Positions 44,157 to 58,676 of a stretch of DNA of 64,000 nt are shown piece by piece. A model generated the notes under the pieces. It was not told the DNA's origin. It did no database searches and saw only the letters and a list, made by a program, of their open reading frames with translations. Position 1 is the first letter of the stretch; every line of letters starts with the position of its first letter. The stretch is taken from the NCBI GenBank assembly GCA_964016885.1, contig OZ024754.1:27714001-27778000 (forward strand). Direction: 5' to 3'. The translations under genes and the position numbers were made by a program. Source of the DNA: Eledone cirrhosa. Taxonomy: Eukaryota.

Positions 44157-44267
<111 letters not shown>

Positions 44268-44347
44268 TTTGCGAGGTTTTTTATATGAAATCGTGTGTCG
44301 AAACAAATGGCGTAGATATACAATACAACAGGAGAAACATAATAGTA

Positions 44348-44390
44348 CTACTGATGATGTTGCAGATGTGCAACGAAAGAACTTTTTTAG
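44348..44390 (+). ncRNA. Hammerhead ribozyme motif in pseudo-LTR element 44265-44580
   Basis: CTA-CTGATGA-T-GTTGCA gatg TGCAAC-GAAA-GAACTTTTT-TAG. Confidence 0.75.
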
Positions 44391-44653
44391 ACTAGATATA
44401 TCTATATTATATCTGTATTTTTGACCGTTGGTCAGTCAATAGTAAACATTGAGGACCGAATGAATTAACTGTGGAGATATAAAAAATACAGAAGCGAAAA
44501 CCAACCAAACAGTGAGTGAGTTATGTTGTTATTTCTGGCAATATTATTACAACAATATGACCTTCCCCAAGTATAACAATATATATATATGTGTGTGTGT
44601 GTGTGTATGTATATATGTATATATATATGTATATATATATGTATATATATATG

Positions 44654-44684
<31 letters not shown>

Positions 44685-44744
44685 ATATATATGTATATAT
44701 ATTGATATATATATATGTTTATATTTATATATGTATATATATTG

Positions 44745-45030
44745 TAGGAGGTGAGTTTTATTGTAGTACAATAAAGCAATGCAGATATCGGATAAGTAGC
44801 ACTCTACAGTTTGTAGGACTGGAGTATAAATAATATAAGATCAAAAGATGGTTAAAAGAGTTCCATGTATTTTATTATGCGCATTTCAAAAACAAATATC
44901 ATCATGCGATGACATTTGCGTTTTCGTCAGACGAAAACGCAAATGTCATCGCATGATGATATTTCTTTTTGAAATGCGCATAATAAAATACATGGAACTC
45001 TTTTAACCATCTTTTGATCTTATATTATAT
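44745..45030. mobile_element. Fold-back element family B with HHR core on minus strand (44869-44931)
   Basis: Palindrome centred ~44929; minus: CTGACGA-AAACGCAAATGTCATC gcat GATGATATTTGTTTTT-GAA-A TGCGCA T-A^ATAAAAT. Confidence 0.8.
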
Positions 45031-45031
45031 G

Positions 45032-45066
<35 letters not shown>

Positions 45067-45246
45067 ATACACCTCACAAAAGCAAGATGGTGTAGAACAG
45101 AACAACAAAGATGAAGGGGATCACAGAATGCGTGACGAAAGAGCTTTGACAATCAACAAATATACAACCATTCGGTTATTAAACAAACCGACTTGGAGTT
45201 TATGATAAATTGAAGTGAATACCAACAGGTGCACGTAGTGAGAGAA

Positions 45247-45345
<99 letters not shown>

Positions 45346-46756
45346 GGACATGGCTATACTGTACTATAGAATATATCTATAGGTTTTACGCACCGCTATA
45401 TACAATCAAGAGCTCTAAACATTTTGTCTTTATTCAATATCTTTGACTATAAAGACAAGAAAAAAAAGATGGATCAGTCGTATTAGTTTTATCGTACATA
45501 GTAATTTCATCTGTGAATTAGTATTTCTTTCTTTAACTGACCGATATATTTAATAGTACCGTGTTACATTGAAATTACTGATAATGTCCCAGAAATTCTC
45601 TAAAATTTATCAATTTTGGTTAACAAGACAATTTAATTTTGCAACGGTAATGAAATAAAATATTCCCACAACATTTAGTCATAGAGAACATTTAATATAA
45701 TTCTTGCATCCTTTTTTTTATTATATGTTTGTACGTATTTGTCCCGGTTTAATCATCCGTTTTAGTAAATCCGGAAAAAAGAATTTTATATTGCTTTACA
45801 TTATGAGATATTGACCTGGAAGTAGTTGTAACAATCTATAACCTGTTTATTCGGTGGTGAATATCATAACCTATAATACCTCATACTGACCTTCTTTCGT
45901 AACTAAAAATCATGAATTTAAAATAGATTCATATATGAAGAGGGGTTTTGTTTGTTTATTGGTATCCTACCATCATATTTATTGACCGGAGAACATCAAA
46001 CCAACATTACACTGTCGCTTCAGAATTTTAGCTATAAACATCATTGGATAATATAGCTTTATAGATAGATTTTGGATAATAGCTTGAAATGTAACATCGG
46101 TAACATCGATAAATATGTAGGCAAACAGTAGCTGCGCTGTTATACATTGATTGTAAAGGCTTGTTATAACGATCGGTATTGCATATGAAGAATTAACAAC
46201 ATTAGCAATGAGTGTACCTTACCTTCTATTTCGGAGTTGCTTGCTGCAGATAAATGATAAATTACATTAGCATTCCTAATTGTATTTCGTAATTTAATTG
46301 ATCGATATTTTGTCATTATCGAGATCAATAAACAATATCCATTACATACAGCAGTTGTTGGAACTGATAAAATGATAATTTTTTGTTATTATGACACTAC
46401 ATTGCTGTATATGCTCATTGACTGATTCCTAATCTAAGTTTATTGTCAATATATGTTCATATTAATGCATTAGAGGGACTGGGCTGGTTTCTGAGACAAG
46501 AGAGAGACGAAGTAATTACATCACAATATCTAGTTTGTTTTAAATATAATTTTATGTTCTTGTTGCTCAAGCCTGTCTAAAATGCAACGAAATTGACTTG
46601 TTGGAAACGAGGAACAAATGATGTCAGATTTCACCATTTACCATTTGAAATAAATACTAAAATAAACAAAATATAGCAAAGCCTATCTCCTATTTAGCAG
46701 AATACAGCAGATGTGAATAGTCAGAATAATTTCAGGAGTATTTTCTCGCTCACAAG

Positions 46757-46802
<46 letters not shown>

Positions 46803-46847
46803 GTATATATATATGTATATATATATGTATATATATTTATATATATC

Positions 46848-46969
<122 letters not shown>

Positions 46970-47072
46970 TATATATAAATATATCAATGAAACAATTCTC
47001 AATACCTGAAATAAAGCCCCTTGTTATACAGTCAACCATGTTTGTTACTCTTCATTATTTCAATATATATAT

Positions 47073-47262
47073 TGGCGGTGGATTGGCAGTATCGGTAGAG
47101 GGTCGGACGCCATGCTTTTCAGCATAGTTACGTCCCTTTACGATCTGATTTCAAATCCCGCCGCGGTTGACTTTGCCTTTCATCCTTACGGGGTCGATAA
47201 AATAAAGTACCAGTAATGCACTGGGTAATTGCTGGCCTTGTGCCTAAAGTAGAAACAATTAT
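47073..47262 (+). mobile_element. tRNA-derived SINE
   Basis: TGGCGGTGGATTGG A-box-like head, TTCAAATCC B-box; matches 21015-21203. Confidence 0.85.
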
Positions 47263-47280
47263 TTCACTATATATATATAT

Positions 47281-49300
47281 ATAGTGAAAGAATGAAGAGT
47301 AACAAACATGGTTGACTGTATAACAAGGGGCATTATTTCAGATATTGACAATTGTTGCATGGACAAGGTGGGTCTAAAGGCCGCTAACCGCTCGAAGTTG
47401 CGTCACTCGATCTCCATTACATTATTTACCTCTGATCAACTCCTCAGAATACAAAAGTAATTCACACAAGGCAAGATATATAGAGAGAAATAATGTATAA
47501 TCAAAAAAATAACATCAATAATAAAATATATATGATAAATAGGTAGAGAAGTTACAAATGTAAAAAGTAAAAGATAAGAAAAAAGATACAGTAAAAAAGT
47601 AAGAAAATGGAAAAATAATACAAATATAAAAAAATATGGATACGTGAGAGCATGTAATTACAGAATATGATAGTGGTGGTGGTGAGTAAGTGTACGTAAG
47701 GGAATTCTGTGGTGGATTTAGTGTTCACTTGAAAAATCATATTCGAAACATACATAGATACGTGTAGAGAGTCTGAGGTAGTAACAGATAAAAGAAAAAG
47801 CAATAAATTAGAGATTAATTGGGAGATACTAGTATGAGATCCAAGGGCTAAGGGTGGATGGTGAAGGGAGGTTTGACAAATGTGTGTGGTAAATGTTTTG
47901 TTGATTGTCTTGTCTTAATGGGGTTGATGCGGTTTCAGGGAGAGAGGGTGAAAGAGATGTTAAGAGATTTATGATCTAGTGACCAGTTGGCCGTTTGACA
48001 GCTAAAAGCGGTGTGATGGTGTGTATTCCATACGTTAAAATCCAGGTGGTTCAGTTCAAATTTTGGGATTACTGGCTCGAATCACGGTGGTTTGAAATTT
48101 GTGAACTTGGTAGCTATTTTATGCCTACAGAAAATTGATCTGTCTATTTTGCTGTTAAGCAGCGTCTTATCGTATCTTAAAATATGGAATAGTTCCATAT
48201 TAAAAAGTCCACATTGGGACACCCCATTGTGTAGGCCCTTGCTTCCGATAATTTTGACCAGCTAATCTTATATTCCTGCCCAGTGGTGGAACCTATGTAG
48301 TGCCAAGTAGAGTTCACAAATTTCAAACCACTGTCATTCGAGCCAGCAATCCCAAAATTTGAACTGAACCACCTGGATTTTAACGTATGGAATACACACC
48401 ATCACACTGCTTTTAGCTGTCAAACGGCCAACTGGTCACTAGATCATAAATTTCTTAACATCTCTTTCACCCTCTCTCCTTGAAACCGCATCAACTCCAT
48501 TAAGACAAGACAATCAACAAAACATTTACCACACACATTTGTCAAACCTCTCTTCACCATCCACCCTTAGCCCTTGGATCTCATACTAGTATCTCCCAAT
48601 TAATCTCTAATTTATTGCTTTTTCTTTTATCTGTTACTACCTCAGACTCTCTACACGTATCTATGTATGTTTCGAATATGACTTTTCAAGTGAACACTAA
48701 ATCCACCACAGAATTCCCTTACGTACACTTACTCACCACCACCACTATCATATTCTGTAATTATATGCTCTCACGTATCCATATTTTTTTATATTTATAT
48801 TATTTTTCCATTTTCTTACTTTTTTACTGTATCTTTTTTCTTATCTTTTAATTTTTACTTTTTACATCTGTAACTTCTCTACCTATTTATCATATATATT
48901 TTATTATTGATGTTATTGTTTTGATTATACGCTATTTCTCTCTATATATCTTGCCGTGTGTGAATTACTTTTGTATTCTGCGGAGTTGATCAGAGGTAAA
49001 TAATGTAATGGAGATCGAGTGGCGCAACTTCGAGCGGTTAGCGGCCTTTAGACTCACCTGATCCATGCAACAATTGTCAATACCTGAAATAAAGCCCCTT
49101 AATATACAGTCAACCATGTTACTCTTCATTCGTTCACTATTATTACTCCAAGTATAACCTACATAGGAATTACCGCGAACTCGCTGCCTAACTATGTTGA
49201 CATCGTGTTGAGTTAAACAAAGGCGTACGTTAAAACTATCCACGACGCAGAGTACTCACACCCTCTAACTGGATTACGTATAACGATAACTTGTTACCCC
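47281..49300 (-). mobile_element. 5'-truncated PLE with ~830-bp inverted pseudo-LTR
   Basis: 47281-48108 inverted at 48311-49141; the ~200-bp spacer reads (minus) HYIGSTT..YKISWSKLSEARAY..LLNSK..FCRHK, a GIY-YIG C-terminal remnant; HHR-like motif at 47317-47453. Confidence 0.82.
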
Positions 49301-49523
49301 ATATATATATATATATATATAAGTTACCCCATATATATATAAGTTTATCCCGGATTCAATCGGGGGTTACCACAGTAAGTAAGGTACTCAATACATAACA
49401 GAGTAGAAATATTTAATATGAAAATGTCCTCTACAGGACTAGAACTGTTTCATTCGGGAGAAATCATCAGGGCTTCCTGGTGATTTTCACCGGGAGAGAT
49501 GACCCCTTTAGCCTTAGTCAAGG

Positions 49524-49929
49524 CAGAATTCTAGGAGAAGGAAAACTCTGATATAACACCTGCAACCCTGATGGTATCCAATGATGTTGACTTGTTCTTC
49601 TTTTTGGTAAATAGCATCTTGGTTAAGAGAGTGGGACTGGCTTTGTGCAGTGCCTTTGCTCACTATAAAAGCTTCACGGCACAGGCATTGCTTTATATCT
49701 GGAGATCTCTCTGCACTTGTCCTCACATGGGCCCAGCACTATGTGTCAATAATTGTCCTACCATGGGCCTAGCACTATGTGTCAATAGTTGTCACAGGTG
49801 TAGTGTTTGTACCAGAGGTTTCAAGTCGCTGGCTGGACTAAAAAGTCACACTCGTTCAGCGCTTCGGTAGGGGTTATCCTACATGGATGTAAAGTAGTGG
49901 CCGTACTCGAAAACGAGTTGGCAGCCACC
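49524..49929 (+). mobile_element. 3' end of a LINE-like repeat with C2H2-like zinc-finger remnant
   Basis: CSVCTRGFKSLAGLKSH in ORF 49571-49870; second copy at 4516-4895. Confidence 0.65.
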
Positions 49930-50429
49930 ATATATATATATATATATACATGTTGTGTGTGTGGGGAGGGGGTATGTGTGTATATGTGTGCTAGGACTCG
50001 TAGTGGAGTGTGATGCTGTGCAAGGTGGCAGTAATTCGACTGATGGTGATGGGATGGTCAACTTGCTATGTCGAGTTACGTAGCATTTATGGCGCCATTT
50101 TAGAGTGAAGCAGTATTTAAAAGAGGCGAATATATTATTACTGGATAACCGTAATTTTACTTTGTGATTGAATGCATATCGTCATGGAAAGGTTGCTCGG
50201 TCTAATACAATACAGTATTGTTATGTATTGAACACTTACTTTTGATCTGTTTACCATAGACAGATGTGTGCGAATGTTTAGGAGCACTATGTGTGCATTA
50301 TATATGTGTGTGTGTTTGTGCATCCATTTATGTGTGCGTACGCATTTGTTTGCAAGCTTATATGTATGCGTGTATGTGTGCATGAATGTATTCGTGCACT
50401 CATTTATGTGTGCATAAATGTATGATTTA

Positions 50430-50925
50430 GGCACGTGTGCATCCATGTTTGTATATGTGTTTCCATGTATGTATATATTGCATACCCATGGCGAGTGTTT
50501 TCGCGTATGCATGTGTATGTACGTATATGGATGCGTGCATCTATATATTTAATTTTTGTTGATTTCTATTACCTCTGTAATTTATTTACATTATTCTTAA
50601 CTCTGAAGCCGAGAATCATTCGGTTTCCTAAATAGAATTTTAGTCTACGACTTCATTTATACCATAAACGTGGTTTTGTCTTTGCGTATAATTGTTTTCA
50701 CCGCTCCAAATAATGTATTATCTTCGTTTTTTTTCCGTTCTTTGCCAGGGAACGTTTCCACGAACCAAAGTATCGTCATCCTGTCTTCCTTCGGTTGCAA
50801 ATTTTTTCGAAATATTTACTTCTGCGTTCACAGATTGATTTTTTTAGTTTCAAAAGATCCTGTTAAGGGTGAAAGCAGCGATTCTTTGCTTAAACTTTAA
50901 TCTGTTATTTTAATAAATATATATA
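50430..50925 (+). mobile_element. Pseudo-LTR fragment of the 1600-4495 PLE family with decayed HHR (CAAAAGA, 50846-50896)
   Basis: Reverse complement of ~1790-2230. Confidence 0.8.
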
Positions 50926-51147
50926 TATATATATATAAATATAAGTATGTACACGTACATACATATATGTATACAGACGTACAGTAGTATGTATATATAT
51001 ATACATACATGCACACATATATATATGTACGTATGGATACACCGAACATTTATTATAATGCTCGGTGTGTTTGTAAAAAAACATCCCGTATTAAGCCGTA
51101 GTGTCCAGCAACCATCGTTGCTCGTTTGTTCAACACTGACAAAGGAA

Positions 51148-51188
51148 CGCTGTACTAGTTTCAAGCTTATTAGCTATCGTCAGCAACG
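51148..51188 (-). ncRNA. Type I hammerhead ribozyme, unit 1
   Basis: Minus: CGTTG-CTGACGA-T AGCT aata AGCT T-GAA-A CTAG T-A^CAGCG. Confidence 0.85.
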
Positions 51189-51567
51189 TATACCTTCCTG
51201 CCAGATTGTTGAACGTATATACTTACCTTATGCATATTAACGGCTGAGTAGCCCAATTTCCATATCGAGTGGGTTAATCGGCCGGGTGCACCGAAAACGA
51301 TAAACGGAAAAAATGAAACGAAATTTCATTTCCCACTCTTAGTACGGCTGTTACTTAAATATAAGTATGTACACGTACATACATATATGTATACAGACGT
51401 ACAGTAGTATGTATATATATATACATACATGCACACATATATATATGTACGTATGGATTCACCGAACATTTATTATAATGCTCGATGTGTTTGTAAACAA
51501 ACATCCCGTATTAAGCCGTAGTGTCCAACAACCATCGTTGCTCGTTTGTTCAACACTGACAAAGGAA

Positions 51568-51608
51568 CGCTGTACTAGTTTCAAACTTATTAGCTATCGT
51601 CAGCAACG
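51568..51608 (-). ncRNA. Type I hammerhead ribozyme, unit 2
   Basis: As unit 1 but stem II AGCT/AGTT (G-C changed to a G-U wobble). Confidence 0.83.
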
Positions 51609-52258
51609 TATACCTTCCTGCCAGATTGTTGAACGTATATACTTACCTTATGCATATTAACGGCTGAGTAGCCCAATTTGCATATCGAGTGGGTTAATCG
51701 GCCGGGTGCACCGAAAACGATAAACGGAAAAAATGAAACGAAATTTCATTTCCCACTCTTAGTACGGCTGTTACTTAAATATAAGTATGTACACGTACAT
51801 ACATATATGTATACAGACGTACAGTAGCATGTACATATATATATATATATACATGTGTGCATGTATGTATATATACATACATGTGTGCATACTACTGTAC
51901 GTCTGTATACATATATGTATATACGTGTACATACTTATATTTAAGTAACAGCCGTACTAAGAGTGGGAAATGAAATTTCGTTTCATTTTTTCCGTTTATA
52001 TATATATATATTTGTATGTATGTATGTATGTATGTATGTATGTATACGACGAATGTGTGAATGGTTTCACTTTGCTAATGTCTAACGACAGGGTATTCGT
52101 CAACAGAAAAGTTCAGGAGAACGCACACGTAGTGCTCTGCCGTGAAATCGAACGCCGAACAGTTTAGTTGGGAACTGAACTACTTAAACTCAGCCATTTT
52201 GCAGTTTTCTGTACATGAATTTCATAGTATATTTTGTATTGTATATTGTTGTAACTGT

Positions 52259-52603
<345 letters not shown>

Positions 52604-53160
52604 ATTATATATATATATACACATATATATGTGTGTGAGAGAGAGACTGTGTGTGTTTGTATGAGTGCAAATGCATATGTACGTGTAATGGTTGTTGCAT
52701 GCATATATTGTGTCTATGCATATACTTATATAATGTGATACAAAAACCTGTTGTAATATACGACGACGACGATATGATGATGATGATGTGACGCTAGAAA
52801 TATTCTATGAAAAGAAGATTTGCGTTTACCGGAACTTGATCAGAATTACTGTTATTTTTTTTAGAAAGCATAGTATAGAGCAGGAGGTGGGGGTGAAGGA
52901 GTGAAGGAGTGGTATCAATTGAGGCGTCGGCGGTTTTAGAATCTAGAAGTAATATTCAAATGTGGGCGTGGTTAAAGAATAGAATGAAGTTGGATGAAGA
53001 TTAACGTTAGGTCTCATATCAAGATGAACAGGTAAATTGTAGGCGGAGACTCGCCATTTTGGAATAAATTTATGTGGAATTGAAAGGTTACCGTGACATT
53101 GCGGTTGTTTCATAGATTGTTAAGTATGGCTTCACTAAAAGGCTATGTGCGTCTGTGTAC

Positions 53161-53257
<97 letters not shown>

Positions 53258-53444
53258 AGTGAAACGCAGCAAAGAGACGGAAAGAAAGAGAAAGAGAGGG
53301 GAGGGGGGAGAAATTAAGAATATGTGAGGGGGATGGAGTGGTTTGTACTGAGACACTTCAGCGTTGAAAATACTTACTTCGTATAGGTTTGTGGCAGTGA
53401 TAATGTATCTGAATTTCTCTCTCTCTCTCTCCCCTTCTCTCTCC

Positions 53445-53507
<63 letters not shown>

Positions 53508-53821
53508 CTCGTTCTCTCTCTCTCTCTCTCTCTCTTTCTCATACCCACACACCTTCTATCTCTCTCTCTCTTTCACACACACACACACACACACACACTC
53601 TCCCTCTCATATTCTCATTATTTTTTCCTCTTGTAACAAACACACTCACTATCTCCTGCAATCTGACTCTTTCTCCTCGTTCTCTACTTCTGTCAAAAAC
53701 TCTCCTCTATGTATACATCTACCTATCTCTATAGCTATCGATTTTATTAACGCATGTACATACACATCGGTGGATTTTGTGTTAATATATGTACCTCAGT
53801 ATCTTCTTTCGTTCTTTCTCA

Positions 53822-53873
<52 letters not shown>

Positions 53874-53989
53874 ATGTGTGTGTGTATATGTAAGTATGAA
53901 TGTATGTATGTATTTATGTGTGTGTATATATATATACATATATATACATATATATACATATATATATTTATATATATATATATATATAA

Positions 53990-54095
<106 letters not shown>

Positions 54096-55949
54096 TATGT
54101 AGGTGCATTGTGTGTGCATGTTTACATTCCATAATTCACCTGTTCAATAAAGTCAGATCGATAAAATGAGTGCTGGGTTCGCTACGATCGAGTAGAATCC
54201 CTTCAAGATGGTGAACCATCATGGTTGCAGTCTAGTAACTGAAACGAATAAAATAATGAACAAACAAATAAATAAATAAATAGATAAATAAATAAATAGA
54301 TAAATAAATGCATTCTATACAATAAAAAATCAGCTTACATGAGGAATACTTCTGATCATCAGGGCTGAACTGCTCCCAAACAACAATAACAATTGTAATT
54401 CCTTTCTGTGTGTATAACGATAATGAACAGATTTTCATGCTAGCGATATCATGGCTGTTGTGTTCCCAGCTGAAACTGTGCTTCAACCAGGCGTAATCTT
54501 TCTCACCAGCGTTAGATTCGGAATCCTCTAATCCATTGGATTATTGAGATGTAAATTTCAGCAAGTGTTTTTGCCTATATACAACATTTCCTCTAATTTT
54601 TCCTAAACACATACCAGAACTTCTAATGCTCTGAACAAAAAATATTTTAAATTCAAAGCTTACTGCACAGCAACATTTCAAATCTACTGAACAACATTTT
54701 GATGTGCACATCACATATACAATAATAGGGCCCCTGCGCTCTCAAGCAACTTAAAGGGACGTTGCCTACAGTTGTTTATTTATTTCTATTACTTTATCAT
54801 CGTATTATGTAATTTCAAAACATGCCTATAATAAGAGACCTGTGTAAAGGAAAAAAAATTAACATTCAAAATAACGTAAATTCACCTACGTCTAGCTTTT
54901 ATCTAGATCAGGATTGTATGGACTTGTAGCATCAAGAGAATTCCTAAAATGCAATTCTGTTCTGTTATTTGTAGTTGTCCCATATTATTTGTTTTATATG
55001 TCACAGCTGAAATATATCATGATTACAGGGCTGTTCTAGTTAACATATGTTTTGCAATGTAATAGGTTTTCCTACTACAGGTAAAAATACAAATAATTGA
55101 TCAGATAGCAAATATGGCGTAGATATTCTGTAAACTAACGATGCATTAATTTCTCTAGGGATGTCACTGTTTACGCCACTCTCTTTGAAAACATCATCAA
55201 CAAATCAACCACTGAAAGGGACTCTGAACGGTTGATTGAGATTCCAGAAAATAGCAACAAAGTCTGTTTAAAATCACACTGTAGTGTCTAAAATATGAAG
55301 AACAGATTAGACAATGTACTTACAGATATATAAAAAGACGAGATTATCACTGTTGAAAAATCTTGTAATATGTTTGATAACTAACCACATGTGACTGCCT
55401 TAGGTTGTATAATTTTACGAGCAAAACTTTGTTGCGTTTTGTTCCAAATAACAACTAAATAATGAAAACGTATTTTGCTAAATACCTCAAAATTCTTGAG
55501 TATTTTTAAAGTTATTTGAAAATTGTACGAAGTGTATTTTGTTAGAAATATGACAACGAAAAACCTAAACATGGGCTGCTTAATTAGGGTTCATCTAAGG
55601 CTAAACATTCTTTAAAGCATTTCCAGACAACTATAAAGTTTTTATTGGTTTGTTCTGCCTGCTAGTTATAGTCAGGAAAAATAGACCAGGAAGATGACGA
55701 CTTTAACGTGTTTGGCAAAACGTCAGTATCACCAGAGACTAAAAAGCTTAGAATGAAACAAAAACAACAATAGCAGCAACAATAAATATATATCACATTC
55801 TGAGCAATTTGCAAAGTGTGATAACTCCAAATATCAAATAGCACAATAAATCTTCTGAGTGTAGATTATATTTAACAAATCAATAATTCCTTGCCCCATA
55901 TTTTCCAATCATCTATACTTCGATATATTAACATTACAATTTGCGGCCG

Positions 55950-56250
55950 CTGCGTTAGATGTTATTAAGACTGAGTCATATATCCTAATGAGAGACTTTG
56001 ATACCCATGTTGGCACAGCCTACCTGGAAAGTAGTGATTGGAAGGAACGGTGATCCCGATCTAAATACGAAAGGTGAGGCCTTATTAGACTTCTGTACTA
56101 TTATGAACACCTTCTTCCAGAACAAAGACAACCATAGATATAAGGGAAATCGGGGACAAAGATCAATAATTGATTGCCTCCTATCCCTTCGATTCTGTGC
56201 TAGATCTTGGTGTTAAGAGAGCGACTGAGCTGTCTACAGATCAACGTCTA
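55950..56250 (+). pseudogene. Decayed LINE apurinic endonuclease (APE) domain fragment
   Basis: WKVVIGRNGDPDLNTKGEALLDFC..IMNTFFQ..H.Y..RSIID. Confidence 0.7.
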
Positions 56251-56709
56251 TTTACTAAAATGTCTATTATGGCTATTCCTACTATTTTTTCTTGCTGTGC
56301 TCCCCCTGTGCTTCCCCTTCCTTCATATGATGTAAACAATACTCAGTGTCTTAGTTGTCCTTATATGTTCCCCCAAACCTAGACCCTTTTGGCCAAGAAA
56401 ACAATAATTATTATCGTCATCACAGTCATCATACTTCTGGTATTTCAACGTATTATAAATATTGTTATTGTTGTACGGTAATAGTTTTTTAGTTTTTTTT
56501 ATTGAATAGCCATTCAATATACAACTATGTATGTGTTTGTTTTATGTGCGTGATCGGAGGAGCAGCCATTTTGTAATACATACAAATACGATTGTCTTCG
56601 AAACAGAAGTATTCCTCTTCTAAGCTACACAGAAATACACACAAACACAAAACAAAATCCAACGGAATACACGCACATACATCCACACCGCATCCCCATA
56701 TATATATAT

Positions 56710-56744
<35 letters not shown>

Positions 56745-56817
56745 CATCATATATATATATATACATATATTTATTTATACATATATATATTTATACATAT
56801 ATATATTTATACATATA

Positions 56818-56905
<88 letters not shown>

Positions 56906-57889
56906 TGTATATACATATATGCGTAGAGATGTACACACACATACATTATATAAATATATATAAATATATATATATATGGGGGGCGTGTGTGTGTGACAGA
57001 AGCTGGAGAGACAGCAACAAAACATCAAACTCAAAGAAGAGACGAAAGGCAAATAAAAGATGAGTTAGGTTAACCTTTCAGTACTTGGAACCAGAAAAGT
57101 AAGATATTACTGAGAGAGAGAGGGGGGGGGGGACACAGGCAGAAACAGAGATAGGAGAGAGAGAGGGGGAGAGAGAAAGTGACTGACAGAGAGTAACAAA
57201 TTCAAATACTAATACAAAAACAAAACATCGTAAAAAGTCAGAGAAAAAATAGCGGTCTTAATGTCTTAATCTTTTGTAGATGTTCGCCATTTTAGTTCCA
57301 CTTTGACATTTAATAACATACAAGGCTGCTAATGAATGTTTCACGAGGTCATGCGCAAATCTTACTAAACTTACAAGCTGATATTAGTTTCGAACTATTG
57401 CTACTACAACTACTCACTTAATTGTATGGCGACTAAACACACCAAATTACTTACTGGGCGGCTGACAACTTGATGGAGAAATACAAAAGCACGGAATTAC
57501 AAATATGTGTATACATGCACAAGGCAGTATGTGGTACACGCACATATACATACATTCGCGTACAACAAAGGTGTCTTCACTAAAGGAAAATATACCAAAA
57601 CGTATAGACAACCATAAATATTTAGGAAATGTTTTTATTGTAAATATTTTTGACTGTGTACAGAATACTATATTAATAATGTATAAATGTAAGAGGTAAT
57701 AATTCACTGTATATCACTTGGATAAAAAGAAATAGGCAGTCTCGATATCATCTTGCTGATGGAGGCAAAAGTTCGTGTTTACCTTATGTAAGATCTTATG
57801 ATTCCATGTTTTTATTTTTTAATAAATTTGTGTCTTATGTACACTAATACGAGTCTATATATCTATAGTCCATTAAATCCCCCTCTCTC

Positions 57890-57996
<107 letters not shown>

Positions 57997-58025
57997 GTAT
58001 TTATATATATATATATACATATATA

Positions 58026-58628
58026 TACTTTGGGAGGGTCATGTTGCCAATAAGAAACACACGCACCAGTTGCTTTCACTTCAATTTAATTTAATATATA
58101 TTTATAAATTTACAAATTTATAAATCTATAAATTTATAAATCTATAAATTTCTGGTTGGTTGGTTGGTTCCACAACCAGATAGTTGTTTATATATATATA
58201 GTTATAGTTCTTTCGTCACACACTCTGTGACCTCTTCAGTGACTGGGGATTTCTTTCTTCGTTTCTGTGCCTTTCCTTTCTTCTATCCTACGCCATTTTT
58301 GTAAAAATAGCGTAGGATAGAAGAAAGGAAAGGCACAGAAACGAAGAAAGAAATCCCCAGTCACTGAAGAGGTCACAGAGTGTGTGACGAAAGAACTATA
58401 ACTATATATATATAAACAACTATCTGGTTGTGGAACCAACCAACCAACCAGAAATTTATAGATTTATAAATTTGTAAATTTATAAATATATATTAAATTA
58501 AATTGAAGTGAAAGCAACTGGTGCGTGTGTTTCTTATTGGCAACATGACCCTCCCAAAGTATCACAATATCGGTTTCAACACACGATTTCAGATAAAGAA
58601 TCTTGCTAAACAAATTCAGAAACGAAAT
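58026..58628. mobile_element. Palindromic copy of the 7585 family with two HHRs (58201-58243 minus, 58360-58402 plus)
   Basis: ~270-bp arms around ~58301; GTCA-CTGAAGA-G-GTCACA gagtg TGTGAC-GAA-AG aa CT-A^TAAC. Confidence 0.85.
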
Positions 58629-58676
58629 ACATATATATATTTATATATATATATGTATTTATATATATATATATAC

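Larger units (their letters stand above)
50937..51999 (-). mobile_element. Retrozyme-like tandem array: ~2.2 x 420-bp non-coding unit, one HHR per unit, ending in an inverted segment
   Basis: ATAAGTATGTACACG at 50941, 51361 and 51781 (period 420); ~51890-51999 is an inverted copy of ~51720-51828; (TA)n flanks. Confidence 0.85.

Noticed and set aside
49430-49473. Minus-strand CTGATGA-TTTC tccc GAAT-GAAA motif
   Set aside because: Core present but stem I cannot be paired in this copy; not counted as a complete HHR.
50947-51660. Duplicated 97-aa ORFs in the 420-bp repeat
   Set aside because: Begin in TA/CA low-complexity sequence, no domain; antisense to the HHR-bearing strand.
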